The translations under genes and the position numbers were made by a program. The notes below the pieces were generated by a model. The model was not told the origin of the DNA. It saw only the letters and a program-made list of their open reading frames with translations, and ran no database searches. From the NCBI RefSeq assembly GCF_964355755.1, contig NC_092670.1, positions 5,074,201 through 5,138,200 on the forward strand: a stretch of DNA of 64,000 nucleotides, given 5' to 3'. Position 1 is the stretch's first letter. Every line of letters starts with the position of its first letter. Of the stretch, positions 14,017-25,844 are shown in pieces. Source of the stretch: Antedon mediterranea (Eukaryota > Animalia > Echinodermata).

Positions 14017-14136
14017 ACATACGGCCATACTGCGTTGAAACACCGGTTCTCGTCAGATCACCGAAGTTAAGCAACGTTGGGCCCGGTTGCGTTCTGGATG
14101 GGAGACCGTCTAGAAATCGTGGCGGGTGCTGTATAT
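14017..14136 (+). pseudogene. 5S rRNA-derived sequence (head of composite SINE)
   Basis: TACGGCCATAC...GGTTCTCGTCAGATCACCGAAGTTAAGCAACG...GGATGGGAGACCG...CGGGTGCTGTA matches eukaryotic 5S over ~120 nt. It has substitutions and indels and no oligo-T terminator. Confidence 0.85.
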
Positions 14137-14370
14137 ACTGGAGAGTGATGGTGTAATGGTAATATCGGACTAGCATGTGATAGGCATGGGTTCGAGGTTA
14201 TTTGTACCATACTAATTGGATCCTTAGGCAAGATGCTTTACTCTCATTGCCTAATCTGGTAGGCGCTGCACTGCTGGCTGCCGTGGGTCCGTGGAGGGCC
14301 TAATCCGAATTTCCTCACTGAGGACAAATATTAACAACAAAAAAATACAAAAAAAAACAAAATACAAAAA
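14017..14370 (+). mobile_element. Composite SINE: 5S-derived + tRNA-derived head, CORE-like body, A-rich tail
   Basis: 5S at 14017-14136; A-box TGGTGTAATGG and B-box GGTTCGAGG at 14140-14210; GATCCTTAGGCAAGATGCTTTACTCTCATTGCCT at 14219-14252; (A)n/(CAAAA)n tail at 14332-14370. Confidence 0.7.
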
Positions 14371-15766
14371 ATATATGATATACTTTTTTAACTTTTTGCA
14401 AACAACATTTTTAACAAATCATGAGAATGTGAAAATTATTTATTTGACTCGCCCACAACTTTTAGGAGGTGTATTTCACCTAATACATTATTTACGTTTC
14501 AACTAAACATAAGCCTTGTGTGAGGCATTTGAACCATCTACACGTCATTTATAAATTATTATGATTGTGATATTTATGTGACATACCTACAAATACAGAA
14601 TTTAATGTTTCATGAAATTATGTGACAAACTGATTAGTGTTAACTACTTATTTTGTGCTAAAAATATGTTTGCAACCAGAAATGGAAACAAGAACAAATT
14701 CGACATGGTTATTTATAATTTAATGCTGTTAATCATTTATTGAATGTTCGATTCCACCTTGCTAGATAAAGTCATAGAATCTACCTACAGTAATAATCTA
14801 AGTGACAGTTATCTCATTCAATGACGTATTACACTAAAACGGGGCAACACTTATTTATCTAGTGTCTGTAGTAGACTTATGCACTGAATCAGAAATTTAA
14901 ATAATTTTCTTTACAGAAAGTTTTAGATTTTGGCGATTTTTTGTAGTGATGTGTGTGGTTTTTTTTATATTTAAATAAAAATATAAATTGCAGAAATAAG
15001 ATAATGAATTTAATTAATTAATGTCAACTCTTTACAACACTAACTTAGGTTGTGTGTTGTTAATTGTGTATGACAATAAAAATCTAACAACCGCAGTGTT
15101 TAATTTATTGTGTATCTTTATGTTGTTGATTTTTTTTTTTCAAGCATTTGCCAAGCAGGAATGAATGTTTTTTTGTTTCTTTTCACGATAACGTCCACTG
15201 TTTTGAGGTTTCGTCCTGATATAGCTATCTGTACCAATATACTATGTCCAGGAAAATCAAAAGCTTAAAAAATTAAAAGGTTACTAAAATCTCGAGTTAC
15301 AGTATCTTCAATATAGGCCGAAATATTAAATAGCACGCCCTCTGTCGCTCTCTACATTTTGCAAAGTTTAGCTCTTTTGAATCTTCATTATTAATTAGTC
15401 AATTATTCGACTGTGGCTGCCGTAGAATCATTTTTGACATGTTTTTTAATTGTTTTGATTACCTTTATAGTATTATATGGATTGTTTACGAAAAATTAGG
15501 CAAACTATGAACTTTTCATTATGTTAAATTGAGTAAAATTTGCCCATCCCTGTATAAATAGTACAAGAAATATGTCGAAAATAGGCATAGACTTTTTTAA
15601 ATCAAAACAAATTTTCGATAATTAATGCTATGCGCACAACTATCATCGTAAAGAAAATAGCAAAGAACATTCAAAACTAAACAATAAGATGCAGGATGGA
15701 AGTATGGAAGTCCTGATTAACTTATTTCTAATCTTTAGAACAAAATAAATAACCTGCATTGAAAAT

Positions 15767-15960
15767 GAGTTGGGTTATTGCCGAGTAGTGAGGACTCTTT
15801 ACTTTCATACAGAGAATCCCGAGTTCAATTCCCGACAACTCCCAGTCTACTTAGCTGAGAACCTGGTTGAGAACCTGGTTGAAAATACTAGGGAGAATAA
15901 GGCAGGGGGGATAAGGCGGGGTAGAAAGGAACTGGCCAACAGCTAACACCCCATTCTACT
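15767..15960 (+). mobile_element. Degraded tRNA-derived SINE-like sequence
   Basis: A-box-like TTGCCGAGTAG and B-box-like GAGTTCAATTCCCG, followed by GC-richer body AAGGCGG...GGAACTGGCCA. Confidence 0.4.
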
Positions 15961-18900
15961 GACTACTTTCAAGGACTCTATAAAATATTCCTTAAATTTA
16001 AAACATGTGACGCACATGTAACGCTGTATCGTGGATTTTGTCGTGGGATTTTTTAGACTAACGATGTCATTATAATACTATAATATTTGTAGGTTTCTGC
16101 AAATATCAAAGGTAACTTATCGTACAAAACGATTTACGAATGACATTAAATTAACATTTACATCAACTGAATAATTTCAAACATGATTTAACAAAAATAA
16201 AATGTATAGAAACGGTGACGTAATTTGAAGAATGGAATTTAATTTAGGTTATTTTACTATTAATACTAGAAACGTTTTACCATAAAATAATAAGATATAA
16301 ATAACCCGTTATTAGTAAACAGATTAGTTTTTCATGATAGCATATCAACAAGTGAATAGTATAATGGCACACAAGGATTGATGAAACTATTATAAATCAG
16401 ACTATTCAGTAATCGCGCCCACTACAAAAAAAAAAAGAAAATATACAGATTAACAACATCTTGGGCGATTTTAAAATATTCTTAGGTTGAGAAGTTTACT
16501 TATTATTATTAACTTTATAAACAACACACACGAGTGAGTGACTAATCCTACTGTCTCAACTTAATGTATTAACTTCGTGTGCACGAAAACTATGAAAAAA
16601 TGGAGAATTATATTGGATAACAACAAATTAAACAGATAAAGATGCAATATATTAAAAACAATTGCGGATTCCGTCTAATCATGTTGTAAATAATGTATTA
16701 AATAAAATAATAATGATTTAATAAAATAATTTTTAGTATTTTTTTCTATACACATTGTTATTTCTTAATTTTTTTATAATAATACAAAAAAAAGTTTAAA
16801 AACATACGAAAATTATTTAAAAAAAGGGAGGATTATATTGGATAAAAATGATCAATAGATCTGTGAAAACATATTACTGATTAACTTAATATTAATCATG
16901 TCATGTTGAATGAATGGATAGAAGTGGTGGTTATTATATGTGTGAATACGATAATACAAATGGGACTTGTAGGTAGAGTATCCATCATGTAAACTGATGT
17001 AAGCTCTACAAAGAAAAATAAAAACGATGTTTCATTTATTTAACTGTGAAATTAAAATGCATTTACATAATTTTGATTACAAATCAGGAAATTCAAAGTA
17101 CAAATTATGATAGGCGCCAAAGGGTAGATGTTATTATAATAACGATTCTGTACCGATAAGCTGGTAATTATTCGGAGAATTAGTAGAATAATAAAATGGA
17201 ATTGTATAGGAATGCTCAGGGCTAGATTATGCCTAGAACAAAAACATAGGATATCGTTATAGTAATGATCACCTTAAACGAATAATTCGCTGAAAATTAT
17301 TCCCATTGTAAAAATACAGGTTGTATCGCCGATGTACGATTTTGAAAACAAATGGATAAACGTAGGGCCTTAATTTCAAATTGTATAAAGATATAACAGT
17401 ATAGTTATAACGCCTACATAAATCATCCTATTAATGTTAATTAATTATTACAAATGGAAGTTAAATGATACCACCAAACTTTCGGAATTAAATAAAAACT
17501 GTAAGGCATTTTTTGATGAACAGGCAAACTGCCTTAAAATACCGTGACATGTTTCGAGAATACTATTCTCATTATCAGAACAGAGTCAACGCCTCTAGAG
17601 TACTTGTATACCAATAACACAGTTGTATTTAAATGACGCAATAATTAGCATGATAAAGAACGCAAAGGTGACACCAAAGTTATATTTATATAGATTTGTT
17701 TATCAAGGAAGGTTTTTCCACGTGATGGAGGGCTCATAATTTGTAATCTTAGGTCTTGGGTCTTACCTTTCGTTATCTCGGGTCTTAGGAGGATCTCAGC
17801 TTTCCTGATCTTAAGTTTCGTTACACCCTACAAATGGAAGTTAATAGAAGTAATCGACGACCACGTTGCTTTTCTTTTACTTGAAAATTCTGCCTAACAT
17901 TTGGCCATGCGCAGATCATGCTGGGAACCAGTACAAATATTGCGCCCTCTCTGGCGTGGCCTTGTTTCTGCCGTCTTTTTAGAAAACACTGGATTTTGGT
18001 TAATGGTAGTTCAAGTCCGTAGTGTTTTTCAGTAAAACAGGTAGTGCAAGTGCCTCATGTCTTGAAGTGGCTGCTGCACCCCCCCCCCCCCCGTTTGGTT
18101 TATATACAAGTGACCCCCCCCCCCGGGCTCACATTTCTCTAAACGGTAACGGTTTCAGTTTTCGTGACGCCCTCTGGAAATTCTTAATTTGATAGCCTTT
18201 AACCCAAAGGTATTTTAAAAAATGATTTAATAAGTCCTAATTCAGTAAATACTTGTTTACGAACTTTTCATAGACCATGGCCATTTCCGTAGCAAAGTAG
18301 ATATTGGATGTAGCATTTATACGGATCGGATGTCGAACGGCGGCGTGCATAGAAGACACTAACTTTTTGTGTTTTCCTTTATATATATATATATAATATA
18401 ATCCAATCTGCAGACATTACTGTTTCGATCTTATTAGATCTCCGATATATATATATATATATATAAATGTGTGTGATAAAACAAAACGTGTAGGTGAGTG
18501 TAGATGAAAATACTAACACACCTGTCAACCTGGTAATCAACGCCTAAATAATGTGTTAGTAGGCTACATTTGGAGAATAATGAGCCGAAAAAATAATACT
18601 AAAGGCACGCACCATAAAATATGATATACCGGCACTATTACTGCATAACACATTACTAGTTCATCCACGAACATAAAGCTACGTTTTTTGCTTGAATGCA
18701 TGAGTGCGGGCCATTACTTATTGATAGTAAGAAGGCGCCAATAATAAATCGTTAATTGAACTTTACAAGTAAACGTCTATGTTTGGATTAAACTTTTTTT
18801 TAAATTTTATTATATGAAAATCAGAGGTTTTATTTCAATCTATTTAGATTGAAGTAGGCCTATTTGCAAAATGTAAGAACAGGAATGAATATCACGAAAT

Positions 18901-19559
18901 AGAACGCGCTATAAGTTGATAATGCTCGTGAGACACGGATCTGTAGCGTACAGAAAACAAAATGATTGAACATCTTCACCAAACGTACGGTAGGCCTACA
19001 CAACAACGTTAATGACGGTTTTAATGTTGAAACCAAAATAATTTGCCGCCATTCCGGGTTGATGAATCCGCACAATGTCATAAACATTCATTCATTCGGT
19101 AAACTTCAAGAACGACGTAAAATGTGTCTGCTGTCTTGAGGGTAAGTAGCCTGCAGTATTCCATCAACAACCTACTCTTTTTCTCGGAAACTATCAATTA
19201 CGGTATAGAGCTAACAATAGTAAAAGAGAATGCGGCGTTACCGCATGAAATATCATTATACTTAACTTTATGTTTCAATATCATTAAATTAGATTTATGA
19301 TGATTTGTAAATCAAATGTATTATTACACTTTCTAAAGTTCAAATTACATTCACTTAATTCAGCATTATTGTTACAGCAACTGTATTTTCTCCGAGGTAA
19401 ATTGTATCTTAGAAAATAAACACAAGTGCATAACTGCATACGTAATAATAACTTTATTTGTATTAACCCAATATTATATTACAATTGTTCTGACAGTTCG
19501 TCAAACAATACTTAGGAACTTATTGTTTAAATTAAATTGTAGAGATATGAGTACTTGTA

Positions 19560-19862
19560 AAGGCCAATTTATACAGACGAGCGGTACTATAGGTAAGCGA
19601 AAAAATCATAGCTTCTCCGACATCGAATCTAAATCATCTTTCATAAGCGGGTTTCCGTTCAACCAAAGAGGCATGGTTCAACCGTCTTTCCGCTCCACGT
19701 TTTGTGTAAATTGTCATAAAAAAAAATAAGATACTTTATTTGCGTTTATTTATTTATTTTATTTAACAAACATATTTATACAGGATTAAACACAATCAAG
19801 TAGAAATATACTTATATACCGTTGACCGCTAACCGTTACCGCTCGTCTGTGTAAATTGATCT
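19560..19862. mobile_element. MITE (Harbinger-type) with ~27-bp TIRs
   Basis: AAGGCCAATTTATACAGACGAGCGGTA ... TACCGCTCGTCTGTGTAAATTGATCTT, flanked by TAA-like triplets. Confidence 0.65.
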
Positions 19863-20033
19863 TAATTGTCAAACTGAAGATGTATGCTGATATTACTTGA
19901 ATTATTTAAATGAATTAAAATAGGCTCACATTGTCACACTTTGGTATTTGTACAGGATATACCCGTTACCCGATAATAAATAATATATACTATAATAATA
20001 AAACTATGAGTTTCAACATTTAGCGGACAAAGT

Positions 20034-20166
20034 TCACTTTTTTCTTCCTTGTATATCCATTTGTTTTTTCATATCCGATATCTCTCGTTGTCGCTGTACT
20101 TCTGCAAGTTCTTTTGATAAAACATACAATGATACTATGCCATCTGACTGTCCTCGTTTCGTTTCT
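20034..20166 (-). CDS. Precursor B last exon encoding 35-aa amidated peptide
   Basis: ttttctttccag|A GAA ACG AAA CGA GGA ... CAA GGA AGA AAA AAG TGA. Confidence 0.85.
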
Positions 20167-23100
20167 CTGGAAAGAAAAATAAATGGTTTGCCAATACCGG
20201 TAATAAACGTTACCGTTAATTCAGTCCGGTTAAATCAGTTATCGGTTTCGTCCACAACCGGTATTATACGTTATCGTTATTCCGCTTAAATAAAATATCA
20301 GTTTCGTTAATACCAGTTGTATACGTAAAGCGTGGTTCCCACTAGCGACGCAACACAAGGACGTAACGCAACGCAAGTGAATTGACCAATCACAAGCAAT
20401 GGCTTATTCGCTTGTGATTGCTAACTGTCTATAACTTCGCTTGTCATTGGTTAAAACGCTTGCGTTGCGTTTACGTCTTTGCGTTACGTTCTAGTGGGAA
20501 CCAAGCTTTACTGTTATTCTGGTTAAATCAATTATTGGTTTCGTTAATATACTTCACCGTTATTCCGATTAGATCTGTTATCTTTAAAATTTGCATCAGC
20601 ATTACATGATACCGGCTTATCAATGTCATTATTTTCTGGCATGTTATCAATAGGCTAGTTAACGTTATATAGGCCTATATTATATAGGCCTACCAGTTAG
20701 CATTTTGTACTGGGATTTGTATTTATAAATCTTTGCGGTAGTATATGATCTGTTTGCAAAGAGAGTAGCCTATACAATAGCGTAATAAATACGAACAACT
20801 AACGATCTTTACAAAAATGGTGGGAGTGTTTTATCGGAGGGTCCAAACAAGCCCAGAGGTATCTTAATCATTGTACCCCATTCCCCAACGGTAAGATAAG
20901 AATTAATTGCCGTCCCCCACGCATACTCAACTCACTGTAGCCTACAGCGGTTTTTGATACCGTTTATTTTAACAGCTCAAAGATGATGCTCTTGGCAGGT
21001 GTCTTAATTAATATGCAAATTTGATGATTTGAGGGCCAACAAATCAAAATCAGTATCGTTTGAAGTAACTGTGTGTATTACTAAATGAGATATAATTTGA
21101 TTTATACCTATTGAACTTACCATTCGTCTCGATATATTGCAGGAATAAATGTTATTTTTTGCTGTTAGGTTGACAATTTTTTGACACAATGAAAATCTCG
21201 TTCCAATGCTATTAAACTGTTAGGAACTTCAGCGATTCAAACAAGCAAGCAAACTTGTGATGTTTCTAAAGCTTGGTTCCCACTAGCGACGAAATGCAAG
21301 GATGTAACGCAAGGCAAGTTATTTGACCAATCACACGCGATGGATTATTCCAACAGTGACTTGTCATTGGTTAACTCGCTTGCGTTGCGTGTACGTCCTT
21401 GCGTTGCGTCTCTAGTGAGAACCATGCCTTAAAAATATTCATACATTTTTCTTTTGTTAAATATTGACCTATTCACTATAATTATAATATCCGATAATAT
21501 CGATCCGAGCAAGCTCGACGCAGTAGTAGTAGTAGTATAATATAATAATGGTGGATGCTCTTTACGAAGACCATTTTTTTTTGTTTCCTTATATATTTAT
21601 ATATATATATATATATAAATCCAAAGGCAAATTACTGAAAAAAATGACAATGCTGTGGGTATCAGTGGCTGGATCTCAATGGAGATACAAAAAAAAAGCG
21701 AAAAGCTAAATCAAAATGATTAAGTAAACAGCCAGAAAAGTTAGCAGAGCTTTCGGGCAACACTAGCTCTTCATCAGTATTATACATATATATAAATTAA
21801 TTTGAAACGATAAAGATGAGGAAATCTGTAAGAATGAGAAAAAGTCGCCTCAACCGAGACTCGAACTCGGACCGTCTGCTTGATATGCAGTTGCCCTAAC
21901 CATTAGACCACTGGGGCTTTCATGGTATTGTTCAAACTCGATTGGATAGCGACTCTTTAACATTCTTGGCGTGGTACGGCGGAACAGCACTAGAATTAAT
22001 GTTCTTTGCCTGTTGTGTTTATATATATATATATATATATCTTTACCAACATGATTTCATTAAATCATGAAATTAATATATAGCCTACTCACTGTTTTGT
22101 ACGATGGCTGAATTGTCCTTCGGTAGTTTCCAACTCTTCTTGCAGCCGTCTTTTAAGGGATTCGATTTCTGCTTCAGTACGTTCTACTAAGGCGTCGCGC
22201 AAGAGTCTATTCAATGATGGCGTGTCGTTGATGGCAGAATCTTCTGAATATCTGGTGAAATATAGTTATATAATATTAATAATAATAGTTATTATTGACG
22301 TGAGGCCGAGTTGACTTGAGGCCGAATTGACTTTAGGGCGAGTTGACTTGGGGCCGACTTGAATTTAGCCGAGGCGATTTAGAGCCTTTGATTATAATAA
22401 AATACAACAGTATAATTAGTTATGATATTGAACATTTTAAATTTATTATACTCTTTTCACTATTGTTATTTCTACTCTGAAAGACCTACGAACCAAAAAT
22501 ATAAAAAGGAATAGGAGTTTGGTTGAAGAAATGCTTTGCACATTTGTAGAATACCTTTTGCACATTTAACGTCAAAACTGATCGTTTTTACATTTATTAA
22601 CGGCGTGATGTTTGCACATTTGCGGGTTATGAATTTTAACAGATTTGCACATTTAAAGGTAAAATGTTTGCACAAATGTGGTTGTTTGCACATTTGAAGG
22701 TAAAATGTTTACACAAATGTGGTTGTTTGCACAAATGTGCCCTTTTGCACATTTCACGGCTCCACGGGCCCTCCAACGCTGGAGGCCTCAGGTGTTTTTA
22801 GCCTTTTTCGACATATTTTAATGCCCGTTTGTTTCTTGACACTGCTCAGGGGCCCCCATAAGATAAGATCCGGGGTTTAGCCAGTGAGCGCTCATGGCGT
22901 TACGTCACTACTTCCTATCTTATCTAGGTTTCACGAATATTACGGTAGTTAAAAACTGTGATGATATTAGAAGTATTATCACAATCGGGCAATAAACCTA
23001 ACAGTGTTTATGGGAACTCTTTAACTTTCCCATCAACTAGATATTTACATTTAAATTAAACCTGTTACTGTAGGTCTTAACTTAATTATAACATTAATCA

Positions 23101-24166
23101 TTGTGTACTATCCCACTGGTACATTTAGCTTGAGCTATTTTGCTAATGATGAATTGATAATAAATTTAAATTGTATAATATTGAAATATGTCTATTTCTA
23201 TTTATCGATCAACATATTTGAAGAAAACATACGTATAATTTCTGGTTTCCATTGGGAATTCTAAATTAATCATGTCCTCTTAAACTAATTTAACAAACCC
23301 TCTCAAAGGATATTATTCAACATGGTAAATTGTAGGCCTAATATTATCACAACTCTTTATTGTTGCAATAATAATACGATTTTACAAGGGATAAATTAAA
23401 TCGTTTGTCCAGTTTTACTTTACGTTAGGTCAGTACTTTTTACGATGTATTACTTTATTCAGATTTCTCCCATCATTTTTAGAAGTTCAATATTTTTTAG
23501 ATAAATTATATGAATTATGTCTACTTAATTTGTTTTTATTACAGGCCTACTGAATTGTTTACACATTATAAATCAGTTTTATACTATGGCTGACCAGGTT
23601 TGGATATTGTAAACACTTTTTGTCAATTTATCCTTTTTAAATTATCATCAAATAATAATATGAATAATTGTTGTTAAACCTGAAATAGGCCTGTATTTTT
23701 TTAAATAAAACCAATAAAATATTAGGGTAAATTATTCCATAACAGAACAGGGCAGGAAAGTGAGGAACTTCCATATGAGTTTAATCTGCTAAATTGTGGT
23801 GAACTATCGTTCCTCTAATTCTATGTCTACACTATCAAACGTTATGTAAAAAAAAAGTGATGTGCTCATGTACTTGATGATATCATATTTTGGCATATAA
23901 CTATCATATTTGGGCACACCACACTTTTTTGTCACATAAGGTTATGATAGTGTAGACACGGAGCTTTAGAAGAGTCTATACTACAGTAATATCGGCTATT
24001 AATGTACAATTAACCGTCATACAATGATACATACAATGCATTCCGTTTGAAAATATTTAATTATAACTTACCCGTTACCGCGCATGTCTGAGCACATTAC
24101 ATATTCAGTGAGAATTAAGAAAAATATCACAAACAGCAGATTTCCATTACTTTGCTTTCTTGCCAT
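20034..24166 (-). CDS. Neuropeptide precursor B, CRH/DH44/ELH-type (128 aa, 3 coding exons)
   Basis: Exons 24166-24072, 22251-22093 and 20166-20034 join through two phase-2 GT-AG introns: MARKQSNGNLLFVIFFLILTEYVMCS DMRGNGYSEDSAINDTPSLNRLLRDALVERTEAEIESLKRRLQEELETTEGQFSHRTKQET KR GQSDGIVSLYVLSKELAEVQRQREISDMKKQMDIQ GRKK*. Shows a signal peptide, dibasic site and G-basic amidation signal. Confidence 0.85.
20329..20507. mobile_element. Harbinger-type MITE family 1, copy 1
   Basis: TIR AGC(G/T)TGGTTCCCACTAG...CTAGTGGGAACCAAGCT, near-palindromic body, TWA flanks. Confidence 0.8.
21270..21429. mobile_element. Harbinger-type MITE family 1, copy 2
   Basis: AGCTTGGTTCCCACTAGCGACG...CGTCTCTAGTGAGAACCATGCCT with TAA flanks. 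Confidence 0.8.
21846..21917 (-). pseudogene. tRNA-like sequence (pseudogene or repeat-embedded) in an intron of precursor B
   Basis: GCCCCAG TGGTCTAATGGTTAGGGC A ACTGC ATATCAA GCAG ACGGT CCGAG TTCGAGT CTCGG TTGAGGC. The T-arm is perfect, the acceptor and anticodon stems are imperfect, and the loop is atypical (ATC). It sits between (TA)n runs. Confidence 0.6.
22093..22251 (-). CDS. Precursor B middle coding exon
   Basis: tttcaccag|A TAT...AAA CA|gtgagt; open 159-nt phase 2-2 exon with a KRR site. Confidence 0.85.
22300..22375. repeat. 16-bp tandem repeat (GGCCGAGTTGACTTGA-like, ~4 copies)
   Basis: Directly visible. Confidence 0.65.
22535..22760. repeat. TTTGCACATTT-containing subterminal-type repeats
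   Basis: About nine recurrences of TTTGCACA(T/A) with a duplicated 40-bp unit; probably a DNA-transposon end. Confidence 0.55.
23820..23967. mobile_element. MITE family 2 (TGTCTACACTATCAAAC TIR)
   Basis: CTATGTCTACACTATCAAAC ... GATAGTGTAGACACGGAGCT; partial related copy at ~5134-5240. Confidence 0.65.
24072..24166 (-). CDS. Precursor B signal-peptide exon
   Basis: Acceptor ctacctttaaaag| at 24174, ATG at 24166, hydrophobic core LLFVIFFLILT, donor GG|gtaagt. Confidence 0.82.
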
Positions 24167-24389
24167 TCTTTAATCTTTTAAAGGTAGAAAACATAAAAAA
24201 AAGTGTATTGTAAAACATGGATTAAGAGCTAGGTGATTAGATAAAATAACTTTAAGATAAGGTATAAATTATATGCTAGGTGCAAAGTATACAATTTTAA
24301 AAAGAACATATTTTTGTATAAAATATTTCAACATGCACTTATACGTGAAGTTCCAAAATGCAAATATCAATATACTTATTCGAATATAA

Positions 24390-24690
24390 CATCTATCTAT
24401 CTATGTAAGTTTTTATATGGCCCCTACAAAGAACAAAGCGCTTAACAATACTAGCATTATAAATTGAAAAGATTTTTAAAAATTTGTTTAAGTTTAAGTA
24501 GAGGTGCAGAATTCGCTCCTCTTAAAATCGACAGGAAGCGCGTTCCAAACCAGCTTTCCGATTAGATGTGGAACGAACATTCGGGTGGGGTCATCAACAT
24601 GTTTTACCTTCATGCAATTCAATAAGATTCATTTCCACCTGACTAATCATGTTTAGTGTACCAGCTCTCCACGATCATGACAATATTAAA
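24390..24690 (-). mobile_element. LINE (L2-like) 3' fragment
   Basis: Minus-strand remnant GKLVWNALPVDFKR, then AAGCGCTTTG...GGCCATATAAAA and a (TAGA)n tail. Confidence 0.5.
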
Positions 24691-24842
24691 GTCATATCAG
24701 ACGAATATTGTTTCTACTTTCGAGTGTGTTTTTTTTATTATATAATATTTTTTTAGAAGAAGCTTATAAAACAGATCCAGTACATTAAAAATATTTTGAA
24801 CCTGCCAAATAACATTTCTAATCTCCAACAAGTATCACTTAC

Positions 24843-24934
24843 CTTTGAGAAGTTTTCAAATTGTCCGCGGCCTTCGTCGTCTTCTGCAACTTTAAGACAG
24901 TGCTTACATCGGCTTAGAGCCTGGGCTTTTTATA
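24843..24934 (-). promoter_or_regulatory. TATA box and non-coding first exon of precursor B
   Basis: TATAAAAA at 24934-24927 (minus), then a ~60-nt exon ending CAAAG|gtaagt at 24843. Confidence 0.6.
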
Positions 24935-25844
24935 AGAATCAGATCAAATATTGACATGCTACGATTTCGAGTAGCTTCTAACATTGTTTTAAGTATATTA
25001 AGTGGCTTAAGTGTTTTTTATTTGAAAAGAATATCAGTGTGAGTATCTATTGAGTATATATAATTAAAAACCTCCAATAGGTTGCCAGTTGATACGAGTT
25101 TTAATCAAGTGCAATATATGTATGTTGTCTCTTAATGCTTCCTGAGAGTTGTATTTACACGTTATTGTCGAAAGTTCTAACTACTTTACACTTGAAAATA
25201 TTGCTGTGACGTATGCAATTCATTCACAATTTAGACTTGGATTATTTCCAAATGTTTAATACTGTATAATCTATTCTTATAGATATGATGTCATAAATGG
25301 GATTTTATATTGAAACATTACTTTTGGGCGTTGATAATTCTAACTATATTACTTTTATTATTTTTTATTTTGTAGTCCACCAAGTAATAATTAACATGGA
25401 TTTATTGGGAGTATGTTTCTGACGCATTGTCAACAAATACAATTATCAATTTATACTTGTAATGATGCCATTAAATTATATTGTAATATTTTTAAAACGG
25501 TAACTATGATCGGGCGTTGGATAATTTCAATTTTATAGAAGCCGTAATCCAAATAATTAGAAATAAATAATAATACGAAACCATCCAATATTTTAAATAA
25601 AGAGGATGGTGTGTTATATATAGATAAAAATACAACCTGTAATTATTAAACAAATATAATTTGTGACCTGATATTATAAATATATTCATTTGTACGCAAA
25701 TATGTTGTATTGTTTAATATGAGTAATGTTGGTTCTACGATTTGCACTTTCGAAACCTACCCTTTTATATTTTATGATTAGGCATAAAACCTCATTGCAT
25801 AATAATTCGTATTATAATGATGTATTAAATAACATAGCGCATGA

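Noticed and set aside
14017-14136. Functional 5S rRNA gene
   Set aside because: Single diverged copy with indels and no T-run terminator, running directly into SINE sequence.
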